Positions 48,201 through 64,000 of a DNA stretch of 64,000 nucleotides are shown piece by piece. Both the position numbers and the translations under genes were made by a program. The notes under the pieces were generated by a model. That model worked only from the letters and a program-made list of their open reading frames with translations, was not told the origin of the DNA and did not search any database. How positions within the stretch are numbered: the first letter of the stretch is position 1; every line of letters begins with the position of its first letter. Origin of the DNA: Entomortierella parvispora E1425 (taxonomy: Eukaryota; Fungi; Mortierellomycota); assembly GCA_020891255.1 (NCBI GenBank), contig BQFW01000015.1, positions 1,922,001 to 1,986,000 of the forward strand, in the 5' to 3' direction.

Positions 48201-50542
48201 CTTGAGAAATCTTCAGCAGATACTGATGGGCCACCAGTAAGACCTCACGGTTCTGTGCGTTCTCAACGAGCTAGACAGCAGCAAAAAGAGGTTGTTATTG
48301 ATTAGAACAGGGCTCAATGGTCAAGATCTTTCATAAAAGTCTCGAAGGAGGATCTTGCAATCTATACCTTGAGATGGACTCCAAGGAATCCAGTAAGGAA
48401 GAGCGCAAGGTTTTGAATGTACTGCTGCTCATCATCTCCGGCATTTTCAAACATCTGTGCAATATCTGTTTGAAACAACTCGGTTAGCATGTACATATAA
48501 CATCGCAAAAAGGCAAGTACTTCTTCAACTTACTGCCTCCGATGGGAATAGTCTTGGCAACTGAAGTCATCACAATGTTGAACAGAATGACAAACTTGTC
48601 ATTGTAGTCAGCTGCAACCGTAAGACTTCCGATTTCGGTCAAGCAGCGCAAAGTAACATTGCGGAATTGAGGAACTTCCAAGAACTAAAGGTATCATAAA
48701 ATAAAGACATTAGAATCTGTGCATGTGGATGACTTGAAGCGATCAGCTTACAGTTTGATTAAAATACTTACTCTGGAGCGAAGGTTCTCAACCAGGTTGG
48801 TCTCAAAAATATAGCCAAGAGGAATCCAGTTCAAGAAACGGAGTAAGGTGTTCAGTGTTGCCTTGATCAAACTGGGCTTGTTGGCTTTTTCCAGAACCTC
48901 GCTACACAACTGGAAGATCTCCGAAAACTCTCCGCACATCGAGTTCTTCAAGTTTTTCGTCTTGACCTGGGTCATCTGCTCAGCGGAGTAGTCGAAAATC
49001 TCCTCACTATAGATCGATGGGTAAAAGGAGTGTTGTGTGAGTAAAAGACAAGACAAAGCGGAGTGTACGTTTTCAACCTGAATAGCAGCCCATTCATACC
49101 TCAACAATTTAAGAATAACCATGTTGTTCTCGCACAGCGAGAGGTTTGACTTGCTCGATACGACAATCTCAGGAATGAAGTTGGGCCAAGCATGGGGCCA
49201 CTCCTGCTTCAAAATCTAGTAGGCATTATAGCGAGAAATAGACATGACGATCAGACAACAGCCTGGGCCATAGTAAAACCGTGTTCTTGCACTTCAGTCG
49301 AGTAATTTACCTGAACAAGGACCATGTTCAACTTGTTGAGCAAGGTCTTCTCGCGCAAAAGAGTTGCTTCATCCGACGAGAGCTTGACGATCAATCCAAC
49401 GGTGTAATTGCGGATACCTATGGGTGACAAAACGGCACCGTTTAGTTCACAAAGAGAACCAAGATAAAATATGAGCGCACGAGGAGATGAACATTCTTGG
49501 TACTCACCCTGGCATTGCTCTGGGGGCAACAGCTTCCACTTGGTTTGGACAAGCTTTTCAAGAATAGCGAGAGCCAAGAACTGGGTAGTTGTGCAGAAGA
49601 ACAGAGAGTTAGAAAAGAGCCGGCGATGTGCAGACGGATTGCGTCAATTGTGCAGGGGAAAAGCCAAATGAAGTTCCCGAAGGCGTGCTGATCTTACCTT
49701 TGTCTGAGACACTTTGGAGTTGTCCAAAATGGCGTCAACTCGTCTCCATGCATCAGGGTGCTCCTGGAACTGAGTCAAGACTTGCTGGGCGTGTCGGTGC
49801 TGTAGACAATCCGTACGCCAAGTTAAAAAACATCCAGGGCAGAGATTGGAAGATATAGAGCAACAAAAGAAGAGTTGACAGTTAGTAAACAGCGCGGCAA
49901 GGAAACAGAAGAAATTTCTCATGCTTGGATCATCAGGGGTCACGACCACTGTTGCGACCACGTTCCCCGATCCATCTTGCTGCCTGACGCTTGGACGTCA
50001 TCCTTGTGCTGCAGAACAGGTCTATCTCCTGTCTGTGCAGTCCCTTCTTGAGCTTGGAATCGCCTCCATATGCATGAGCTGACACGCCATTTGGAATGAT
50101 CGTACTAAATCCCTGTATCCTGAGATCCATTGATCATGATGTCGTTCCCCTGTGTATTCTGTCCATGATCTTCATATCGGCGAGTATGTTTGGGAGAAAC
50201 AAAAAACACGCCTGTGGAATCTAGTTGGATTCTCGCGTCACAAGCAATCTCGCGACAAGGGCGCCCAGGGATAGCGTTGATCGGGAGAAATATTATGGCC
50301 GGCGATGCCGATTGTACCAGCATGAACTTACGTCTTGTCCTGTACCACTGAAGAATGCCTGGACGACTCGATCGAGCAGGTCAATGTCTAGATCGCGATT
50401 AAAATCGAGAATTGCCTATGGATCAAGGGTAAATGGACGGTGAGATTTGGGTTGGCGCAGCGGTTTAGTCAGCCGGCCCAGCTCGGGACCCGGGCCATGA
50501 TGGGTCATGGGAACAAGGAGGGGTGGGAGTTGTTACCTCCAT
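45270..50542 (-). CDS. CRM1: Exportin-1 (CRM1/Xpo1)
   Basis: A 6-nt first exon (ATGGAG) is followed by [18 protein letters not shown]. Further motifs: [123 protein letters not shown]. Confidence 0.98.
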
Positions 50543-50642
50543 GTCGAAAGATATTGTTTTTTGGGTGAGGTTTTTTTCTGGGTTATTTGAATGTTGTTGT
50601 TATTTGGCTGAGGATGCAGTCGCGCCAAAAGGGGAGGATGGG

Positions 50643-50645
<3 letters not shown>

Positions 50646-50675
<30 letters not shown>
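50646..50675 (+). repeat. G30 homopolymer ~105 bp upstream of the CRM1 start (C30 on the sense strand)
   Basis: 30 consecutive G. Confidence 0.9.
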
Positions 50676-50676
<1 letters not shown>

Positions 50677-51305
50677 ATGGCAAGTGTTCCTGTCCAGAGG
50701 AAGGGGAAAGGGGGGAGTGGAGTGGCTGTTCTGGTTCTATGGGCAGATGGATCCCGGCGCGAATGGAGCGAGGAAAGGAAGGAGTGAGGACGGACAGAGG
50801 GAGGATGGGAGGGAAGAGAGAGTGGACAGACAGACTTGGGGCAGAGAAGAGAAGAAGAACAGGAAAGAAAACGAGCGAAAAAAAAGGATGTGTGTGTGAG
50901 AGTGTGCCCCCCTTCCCTCTCCCCGTTGGTGCGTTTCTCGTCGGGGACCTGGGCGGGCTGGCTGGCTGGCTTTGCTTTTAGCCCGGGGGTGTGACCTCCG
51001 TCGCTCTTTTCTGTCTTTTCTGTCGTCGTTGTTCGTCGCTGTTCGTTATCCTTCCGGTTGCTGCTGCACCCGGCTCGCGGCTCCTTGGGGGCTGCCTCTT
51101 TCTCAAAGACTTGTCTGCCTGCCTCCATGCTTGCTCTCGTCCTTGTCGTCCTTTCCCTGCTTCCGGCCTGGTTCGCCGATGCACCCCCACTACTTTTTGC
51201 TTCGCCTGGGCAGTGTGACGGCTTGTTGCAACCACTCGAACTGGGAAAGCCGAAATGTTCATGCAACTGTTTTTTTTATTCTTTTTTCACTAATTTGTCA
51301 TCCTC

Positions 51306-53341
51306 TCAAACACTTGCCAACAGTCGCTCTTGCTCTTCTTCCGCCCCCTCTCGCCCACCACTTTCCTCCCCCGGTCCGATATTCAACCCGCCGTTATCCA
51401 GTGTCTTCAACAAGTCTTCAGATGCCTTATCTGCGTCCCTGCGACCTTGTTCCATATTGACGCCGAAATATATGATCGGGATCGGGACACTCAACAACAC
51501 CAGCAGGAACACAAAGGCGTGCCGGATCTCATGTGTCGCATCCGTGATCGCGGCCACTGCCAGGGGTCCCAGCCAGCTGCTACCCTTGTCAGTAATTGCA
51601 TACAGCCCAAAAAATTCCGATTCTCTTCCTCGGGGCACCAAGTCAGCAAACATAGATCGACAGAAACTAGAAAACAAACGGGCGAGACCTGATTAACATC
51701 ATAGAGTAGAGCAGAACCACACTCTCAGATATCCGACGTACCTCTGCACTGCCCCAATCAGGAACCCATAGTAGGCTGCTAGAGCAAAGAGTTCTCGTGC
51801 TGATGACAAGTGTGGCCAGAACGGGAGCAGGATGCCCAAGGTACCGTACACAGGTACCATGACCAGCATCGCTAGCAACAATAGGACCATTCGCTTCTGA
51901 TCAAACCCGAGGACCTGCTGGACTTTGGGGAATATCAGAGTGCCCACTAAAGCACAAATCGGGACCACGAGCGATAGTAGAATCAATAGCGTCTGTGATA
52001 ATTGCAGCGACGTTTTCGCGAACAATAACGCGACGTTTGCGATGCTGGTGTACCCATCTGAGAGAAAGAACCAGGCGACCAAAAATGCAAAAGCGTTGGG
52101 CAACTTCCTAGCTTGGACAATCGTAGCACCAACTCGGCTCCAAGAATACTGCACGTATTGGAAGGCGACCCATAAAGAGCCTCTCTTTTGACCGCGGTCT
52201 TCAATTCGTAATTCACGTCCTGGTCGAGGTTTGAGCCAGAGCCCTGCCAATGCCGCGAAAACGTTCCACCATAGTCCCGATAGGAAGATACCGATTTTAA
52301 GAGAACTTGTTGAAGACTTGTCCCTGTAAGAGATGTACAAGCAGAGTAGGAGTAGAAGGATTCCTCCTAAATATCCGCTGGCAAATCCTCGAGCGCTAAT
52401 TTGACCCATGAGTTGTCCCTGTTCGACTGTTTGCTTTTCTGCCAGCTCCTTGTATTGCTGTTGTTTTCGTTCAATTTCCTCTTCGAGCGTGCTGGGCTGA
52501 CCTTCAAGTCCGGTATCGTCCAGACTACCAGGGGCTCTTGTCGCAATGTTCTGTCCTTGTAATGTTTGAAGTTCACGCTCAGCAGTCTGAAGTCGCTCCC
52601 GCTGTCTCCGAATATAATCCATATTTCTCACTAGCAAAGGCAGGTAGGCATTGAAGCATACTATTCCTGCTCCGAAGGCCACGTTGGCCATAACACTGAG
52701 AGCGCCTGCCATCCATACGAAAGGCATGGCGCCAATGAGCATGGTTGCTATGGATCCAACGGCCGAGAACACAACCAGTTGTTTTTTTCGATATGAACCA
52801 TGGTCCGCCATCGAGCTGATTGAGACTACAGTCAAAGCCTGCACAGCAACCGTTAGCTACTCATTCTTTCTGATTAAAATGGAACATTTTGCTTTATCTG
52901 CCTTTTCGGCTGTCATTCGTATTTTACCTGAAGAAATACTGCCAGGGATGTGAGGTACATGACGAAAGAGGCCGTGTCCAATTCGATATTGCCAAACGAA
53001 ATCATGCATCGTGGCCGTTCGACAGGGGAATGATCCGCCACCGCGGATGGTATGGCTGTTGAATTGGGCCGAGCAACGCAGGGCTCGGTCGTTCCAAACA
53101 AATGGCCCTGTTCAGCTGCCATGGCCTCCAAGGTTATAGGAATAAAGCTCGTAAGCGCAACCTGTATGAGAAGAGTGATGATCAATCTTTGGCTCTTTGA
53201 TAACGCGTTTGTATCATCAAACTAAGGAGGGTCCCCTACCACGACATATGCCTCGCTGGCGAAGCCGTAGCTGTACCATGCCCAGACTTCTCGTCTAGTG
53301 GTGACGGGTTCGGTCGGAGCTGGTGAAAACGAGACCCTCAT
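51306..53341 (-). CDS. ATG22: Atg22-family vacuolar amino-acid efflux MFS transporter
   Basis: TTRREVWAWYSYGFASEAY / SFIPITLE..A..G..PC..C..DTASFVMYLTSLAVFLQ / ISSMADHGSYRK / NAYLPLL / ISARGFASGY / FLVAWFFLSDG / SMFADLVPRGRESEFFGLYAITDKGSSWLGPLAVAAITD. Confidence 0.93.
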
Positions 53342-53839
53342 GGCGACTGGGGCGTCTTTGCTTGTTTGAAGGGATGTCTACAGGACAAATAAAAGAGAGA
53401 ATTGAGCAAGAGAATGCGCGTCAGGAAAAGGCGTGTTGGTAATGGATGGGCAAGGAGAGAAGAATGGAGCAGTGTTGCATCGCAACCGGCCAGACAAAAG
53501 CCAAAGCTGCAAGGGGTCGAAGACCAGCCAGCCAGCAGGTTTCCCGTTGGGTCCGCTGACCTCGTTTTGTTTTGTCGGGAAAAGTTAATTTCACTTTTTT
53601 TTAGTCGAGGATTCCTGGTTTTGGTGGCGTTATGAATCATGTCCTTTCGAGCCCAGTGACTGTCCGAGATGTGTTGCTGAGTGTGTGAGTCCTCTCGCTT
53701 TTGTCTCACAGACAACTCTTGCACTGACTCATTCACCCGTTGCATTCCCTTTTCTTCATCCCTTCATTCCCGATCTGCCCCTTTCTTCTTTCTTTCTTCC
53801 TCCTTTCTACAAACAACCCGACCAAGAACACATCAAACC

Positions 53840-55595
53840 ATGTCTACCTTCGGCACTCACTTCCGCGTCACGACCTTTGGAGAGTCGCACTGCAAAGGCG
53901 TTGGATGCATCATTGACGGATGCCCCCCCGGCTTGGCCTTGACCGAGGATGATATCCAGCCTCAGCTCACGCGCAGACGCCCTGGCCAGAGCAACCTCAC
54001 CACCCCTGTAATGCATTGGAACGACTCTCAGTATCATATCAAGACATCTGCTGAGCGCACTCATGGAAGACTAACCTTGCCGTATCCTTCAACTCTCGCT
54101 TGATAGCGCGATGAAAAGGACAGAGTCACGATTCTTTCTGGCACAGAGTTTGGACATACTCTCGGAACTCCTATCGGATTGACCGTTCCCAACCAGGACC
54201 AACGCCCTCACGACTACACAGAAACTGACCTCTATCCTCGTCCCTCCCATGCTGACTGGACCTACTTGCTCAAGTACGGATTGAAAGCTTCGTCTGGAGG
54301 TGGACGTGCCAGTGCCCGCGAGACCATTGGTTAGTTGAAAACTGCAGAACCCTAAGTGATGAATGAGGGTTGCTTTTTGAAATAACAGGATACTCTATCG
54401 AGATGCAAAGTCTAACGCCTCTTTTTTTTGTCTTTAAAGGTCGCGTTGCTGCTGGAGCTGTCGCTGAGAAGTTTCTCAGGGAGGCTTATGGCACCGAGAT
54501 TGTTGCTTTCGTATCCTCTGTCGGAAAGGTTGCCATGCCCTTCATTGAGGAGCAGAGTGAAACCGGTGTTCCCTCTGACGAGTTTGTCGAGTTGTTGAGC
54601 ACCGTCACCAGAGAGATGGTGGATACAGAGGCTACTCGCTGCCCTGACAAAGAGATGTCCAAGAAGATGACCCAGGTAAGAAAGCCAAATGAAATAAGAG
54701 TCATGAAAAAACTAAATTAACCAGGAAAAATGAGAGCTGCGGAGAACTGACGCTACCTTGATTGACCATTTCAGCGTATTATTGAAGCCAAGGAGGCTAA
54801 CGACTCCATTGGAGGAACTGTCACCTGTGTTATCCGCAATGTGCCTACTGGTTTGGGTGAACCCTGCTTCGACAAGTTGGAGGCCAAGTTGGCCCATGCC
54901 ATGCTCTCCATCCCTGCCACCAAAGCTTTTGAAGTCGGATCAGGATTTGGAGGCACGCAGGTTCCTGGACATTTGCACAATGACGCCTGGGTCCAAAAAG
55001 TTGGTCGCAAGGGACAAAAGGTCTTGGGCACCAAGACCAACTTTTCTGGCGGTATTCAGGTAATGTTTGCTTCAGGTTCGAATTCGTGATCATATCAGCT
55101 CAGAGTTACATGCTGACAAAATCGTTCCTTTTTGGCCTTTTTTTTCTTTCACTTATCAAGGGAGGTATCTCCAACGGCGAGAACATCTATTTCCGTATTG
55201 GATTCAAGTCGCCTGCAACAATTAGCCAGGAGCAAAAGACTACAAGCTACAACGGAGTGGATGGCGTCCTGGCAACGCGCGGTCGCCATGACCCCTGTGT
55301 TGTCCCAAGAGCTACTCCCATTGTTGAGGCCATGGCTGCTCTCGTCATTATGGAGTATGTTATATGTCCCTCTCCCTGGAATGCTTTTAACATTTATTCT
55401 TGGACAACTAACTGATATCCACTCTTTCTATCTCTCTCTCTCAGTGCGGTTATGATTCAACTGGCAAGACAGAGCGCCGCCGCTTTGTTGCCTCCTATGC
55501 CCGATACCCCTCTTCGCCCTGCCCCCTTCGTCATGCCCGTTCCAGGTGGTCTTGCCATCAAAGTCGATGAGGCCTCCAAGCCCAAGACCGAGTAG
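53840..55595 (+). CDS. ARO2: Chorismate synthase
   Basis: [134 protein letters not shown]. Multi-exon. Confidence 0.98.
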
Positions 55596-58071
55596 AAAGC
55601 CGTAATCCCTTCAACAACCCCCTCAATAAATCATTATAGCATTCATTGTTTTTTTTTGAAAACGTACCGATTCCTTTAACCCTTGGTCGACATGTGCAAC
55701 AAGAGCTTCTTGGCACTTCCTTTGGTCTCGACCTCCTGCTTGATCCATCGCGGGCTTTTCGGTTATACTCGCTCGCTTTCAAAATCCTGGGAGACAACGA
55801 TTCCAACATCAATTTATGTCTATCTTTCAATGAAACCTGCACGACTCACCAAATGTTGGTCTCCAGTGCTCCAGTACCAGTACCCCTCTCCCCTAACTTT
55901 TTTTTTTGTGTTCGAAACCACTTTCCAGCGAGCAAAACTGGTGCTAATCTGCCTGCCTGTCAGATGGCTACCAAGGACAACATGGAAGACAGAAAGAAGG
56001 AAGAACAAGAAAAAAGAAGGAAGAGCAGGACAGACACAAAGAAAAACCGAATGTGTCCCTTGCTGGTAAAATTCACTCTCGGGTCCTTCCTTGTGCGACG
56101 GACACAATCCTTCTGCAGAAGGCTCACCTTTCCCTTCTCCAAAAAAAGAACTGATAAGATGAACGGAAGTAGCACCAGATTAAGCATCGCTGTGCTCACG
56201 CGTTATAATCGCTCTCCTGCAGGGCTGAACATGTCTATCTAGATGTCCGCTCAAGCGCCTTACTGGTTGGTCTGCCAGTCTTCGATTGCTTTCGACTACT
56301 GTAGTCGTTATTGGTCCCTGTCCTCGTCAGTCGAATGTCGGGCACGGAAAAAAAAATAAGAGTAGAGAGAAAAAGGGAAAAGTGCCCACAGATCATAGTT
56401 GTCGGAGAAGAGAACGATGGGAGAAAAAAGAAAAGAGCGAGAGTCTGTGTCTGTGGAAAGGAGATGTAATTGATATGGGTGTTTCCAGTGCCTGGTTAAA
56501 CACATGAGACCCGGCCCAAAAAATAGAAACAGGTTCTCAAGCCGCGAGAAGGCATTCGAACTCCTTGGACCTTCGGATGACCCCTTTTTGTGGGGGGTCT
56601 TCGCAGCGAAGCAGTCTGAACATGGACACACACTTTTTCCCCCAAGTCCTTAGGGACAAAAATGAAAGGCACTAGAGGTTACATCTAATCAAATGCAGGT
56701 GGAGAAGTTGCGGACCTCGACTATCAGTCCTCCGCTCTCGTTCATGTGTTCACTCCAATATGGAACGTCGACAAGTTGGCTTCCGCCCAGCAGAAGGGGT
56801 GTCCGGAACGAACGAAAAGAAAAGGGCCTTCTCTTAGCCTGCCAAATGGATTTTGTTCGTCCCTCTTTTTGCCCTGGGATTTTTCGAATCCTTCCCGAGA
56901 TTCTCAGCCGAACGGCACACAGAGGCAAAGAGAGGGGTAGCCAACCCCGCCTATAATCCGTGGGCCTTTGGAGCGGACATTGATCCTGGGAGGCATCCCA
57001 TAGATCAAGATTCAAGATTGGGCGAGATAAAGAGAGACAAGGTGTGAAACTTCCACAAACTTCAAGACAAGGTCACCGAGCCACGAGCGGCCATTGAAAG
57101 ATCTGGCCGAAACATGAGCGCTGATGTTGGCGCAGGGTGTTCATCTCTGAATCAGAAGAAAGGGAAACGAGCTTGCCGTTCTGCATGTCGGTACCAGAAG
57201 TGGGGTCGATGTCCCGTGAGGGGGGGCGTGTCTCTTTCCAAGTTCCTTCCTGTCGTTCCTCAGAGACAGGGATGCGTGACCTTGGAGCCCTTCGCTGCTG
57301 CTGCGGGCCCCAGTTGTCTGCCACTTCACTGCCACTTCACTGTGCTGATGCAATGGACCATACAGACATGTTTACAACGCGACATGTATGCAAGGTGCAA
57401 AAGATCTAAGGTGCAAGAAGGTTGCACAAGATTAATCTTGACCAAGGAGCGTTAGGAACATGGCCACTGTGTTTATTTCTGATTCATTGATCCTTCCCTG
57501 TCGCACTTCCCAAGAAGCAGGCGAGGAAAGTAGATGACTCGTTGGAAGGGACGACAAAAAAAAAGAGGCAGACACCAATTGTTGTTTGTTTCACCTCGGC
57601 CGCTACCTCTTTTGCGCCCACTCTCTCGGAATGTATTGAGTTCTCCATTCATTCATTCGTTCTTCTTGCCCCAGTGTGTGCATCCACTGTCGGACTATGG
57701 CCTTCTCCACTCACCCAGTCTCGTTCTCCGTGGCAAACAAGTCTTCATCTGGGCCTTGTTTCCATTAAACGTTCTACCGACTGGCACAAGCCTGTCTGAC
57801 CCATGAGAGCATCAGTATTACATCTCTATTCAATCCGGGGAGAGACACCAATGCCTTCACTCGGCTTTTTGCTCCAGAACGGGTTCAGTCAGTTTGGCTT
57901 AGGTCCATCACCACTAGGGTCCAGGCACCATCAAGGCTACCCCAAGAAGGAGATGGGTGTATAAAAGATGGTACTTCTCCCACTTTTTTTTTGTTCTTCA
58001 TCTCTTTTGATCCCTTCCATCCTTCCCCCTCTCTTCTCCCTCCCCTCCTACTTTTCATCCATCTCTTCATT

Positions 58072-59409
58072 ATGGGTCGTTTCCGCTGGAACTCTCCTTT
58101 GGCCCAGGTCATCGCTGTCGGCTTCATCTGCTTCTGCTGCCCTGGTATGTTCAACGCCTTGAACTCCCTCGGTGGTGGTGGTCAGATCGATTCCAAGGTC
58201 GGTCAGAACGCCAACGTTGCCCTTTATACCTGTTTCGCTATCTTCGGTCTCCTCGCTGGAGCCATCCACAACAAGCTCGGACCCAAGTGGACCATCTTCC
58301 TCGGTTGCGCTACCTATGTTCTGTATGCCGGTTCCCTCCTCTGCTACAACCACACCAAGAATGGTGCCTTCACCATTGCCGCCGGTGGTCTCCTCGGTGT
58401 TGGTGCTGGTATGCTCTGGACTGCTCAGGGTGCCATCATGATGGCCTACCCTCGTGAGAACGACAAGGGCAAGTTCATTGGTTACTTCTGGGCCATCTTC
58501 AACGCCGGTGCCGTCCTCGGATCCGTCATTTCCTTTGCCATCAACGTCAATCTCAAGGAGGCCAAGAACTTGGGTGACCCCACCTACATTGTCTTCATCG
58601 TTCTCATGGCCATTGGTACCTTGATCGCCTTGTCCCTCTGCTCTCCCCAGTCCGTCGTTCACTCCAACGGTGATAAGATCCAGATCCAGGAGTTCCCCAC
58701 CTGGACCGGTGAACTCGTTGCCATCATGAAGTTGTTCTTGGACTGGCGTATGATCGTCCTCATGCCCATGTTCTTGTCCTCCAACTGGTTCTACTCTTAC
58801 CAGTTCTCCACCGTCAACGGCTACTACTTCTCCATCCGTACTCAGTCCTTGAACAACATCTTCTACTGGTTCTCCCAGATCGGAGGTTCCTGGACCTTTG
58901 CCCGCGTTCTCGATTACCAGGGTGTCAACCGCAAGACCCGCTCCCTCTGGGGCTTGATGATCATCACCGTCTGCTTCGTTGCCACCTGGATCGGAGGTAT
59001 CTTCTTCCAGACCCAGTACAAGCTAGGTGACCAGTTCGTCAAGCACGACTTCAGTGACGGTGCTTCCTACGTCGGACCCCTGTTCTTGTACATGTTCTAT
59101 GGTTTGAACGATGCCGCTTGGCAGACTTACTGCTACTGGTTGATGGGTGCCCTCTCCAACGATGTTACCGTCTTGTCCCGCTATGCCGGTTTCTACAAGT
59201 GCATCCAGTCCTGCGGTGCTGCCATCGCCTGGAGAATCAACGCTGTCGGTACCCCCTTCATGACCGAGTTGATCATCTGCTTCGCCCTCTTGGTTGCCTC
59301 CTTGCCCGGTGCTCTCTTCCTCTCCATGCGCATCAAGGATCACTCCGACGAGCAGGCCGCCGATCACGACATGCACAAGGTCGATGCCAAGGATGAGATC
59401 AAGGCTTAA
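58072..59409 (+). CDS. UNC-93-like MFS membrane transporter (family includes fungal Ngt1 GlcNAc permeases), intronless
   Basis: SPLAQVIAVGFICFCCPGMFNALNSLGGGG...GAGMLWTAQGAIMMAYPRENDKGKFIGYFWAIFN...LLMPMFLSSNWFYSY-like (LMPMFLSSNWFYSYQF)...FYKCIQSCGAAIAW. About 12 hydrophobic segments and strong C-ending codon bias. Confidence 0.9.
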   Translation: MGRFRWNSPLAQVIAVGFICFCCPGMFNALNSLGGGGQIDSKVGQNANVALYTCFAIFGLLAGAIHNKLGPKWTIFLGCATYVLYAGSLLCYNHTKNGAFTIAAGGLLGVGAGMLWTAQGAIMMAYPRENDKGKFIGYFWAIFNAGAVLGSVISFAINVNLKEAKNLGDPTYIVFIVLMAIGTLIALSLCSPQSVVHSNGDKIQIQEFPTWTGELVAIMKLFLDWRMIVLMPMFLSSNWFYSYQFSTVNGYYFSIRTQSLNNIFYWFSQIGGSWTFARVLDYQGVNRKTRSLWGLMIITVCFVATWIGGIFFQTQYKLGDQFVKHDFSDGASYVGPLFLYMFYGLNDAAWQTYCYWLMGALSNDVTVLSRYAGFYKCIQSCGAAIAWRINAVGTPFMTELIICFALLVASLPGALFLSMRIKDHSDEQAADHDMHKVDAKDEIKA

Positions 59410-60002
59410 AAAGTTTAGCCAGATGCCCTTCCGACTTTTCCATTGTACTTTTATCTCATTACATTCACAATAATACAACCGCGTATTTTAATTCTTCTGA
59501 ACATGAATGTCTTGAATGTGCTCTATTGGCCAACTTTCTCTCGGTACCTATATTCTCGCTCAGGCTTGACTCCAGGGTCCTGCTTGGCGTGGCAGAGTAT
59601 GTGCCTCTAGGCTTCATCAAGGCCTCCCCGAATTCACTAACGAGAAAGGCGACCACGATATAATGAATGTATTCCAACTATGTTTGAGGTTCGAGAGGTT
59701 TCGTGATGAGGGAAGAGACCTCATGTCATTCAGCGGAGAAAGGGAAGGGTGTTTCTCTGAAAATACCACAGGCGAACACAGTCCGATGGGACTTAAGTTG
59801 TCATCGCGGTGTATCTGCGAGAGTAATCCAAGGAGATTCGTGCGAAGATGAAAAAGGACAACAAAAAAAGAAAGGCAAAAAAAAAGGTCGCGTCCACTAC
59901 ATGCTGCGAGTGCACGCTATAGTCCCGTGACCGAGAAAGGACAGAAAACTCCGTTTCCGTTCCCGTCTGATCTCCCTTCCCCATTCACACGTCAATTCAA
60001 GG

Positions 60003-63803
<3,801 letters not shown>

Positions 63804-64000
63804 TAGAGAGCAAAACAGCAATTAAAAAAAATTATATAGAAGAGAAATAGATTCTTTTTCTCATGATTTTTATGTTTTGAAGTTGGTGTGATGCGAAAAG
63901 GGTTGAGTTGTAATGAAATATGATGCAAAGAAAAACAAGTTGGGATAATAAAAACAACAGGGTGGTTGTTTGTTTTAGTTGTAATCTCCATTTCCATCAT

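Noticed and set aside
49801-50330. Long CRM1 intron 2 with a 65-aa ORF or possible snoRNA
   Set aside because: No recognisable protein and no properly paired C/D or H/ACA boxes.
55075-55090. GGTTCGAAT resembling a tRNA T-loop
   Set aside because: Lies in a short ARO2 intron with no acceptor stem, D-arm or A-box.
55600-57990. Small ORFs and isolated splice-like signals between ARO2 and the MFS gene
   Set aside because: No consistent exon chain or recognisable motif; treated as UTR/promoter.
58048-58662. Long antisense ORFs opposite the MFS, RPL10, uL11m and VPS10 genes
   Set aside because: Expected shadows of strong codon bias on the coding strand.

Overview
Intron-rich, gene-dense eukaryotic (fungal) DNA. 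Short GT-AG introns with CTAAC/CTGAC branch points, long poly-A/T runs and the gene families present suggest an early-diverging fungus, probably Mortierellaceae (inference; no rRNA marker is present). I can reconstruct 19 spliced or intronless protein genes by eye: VPS10 (5'-truncated), GST, SNX4, a kelch-propeller single-pass membrane protein, a very long kinesin-4, a YEATS2/Ahc1-like protein, REX4, mitochondrial uL11, CYC3, an SH3+EH adaptor, a small conserved mitochondrial protein, RPL10, UPS2/PRELI, GID8, CRM1, ATG22, ARO2, an UNC-93-like MFS transporter and a bacterial-type mitochondrial AlaRS. Two accessory stretches interrupt this housekeeping neighbourhood. At 7.2-9.5 kb lies a decayed spliced gene with a tandemly duplicated unnamed N-terminal domain and a PD-(D/E)xK-like nuclease C-terminus. 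At 21.3-26.0 kb lie a decayed ORF, a 25-unit ACAG microsatellite and a hierarchical ~55-bp-period GGCAACGG repeat cluster. I found no tRNA, rRNA, CRISPR array or intact transposase. Exon boundaries were read manually and no database searches were run, so family assignments rest on recalled motifs.
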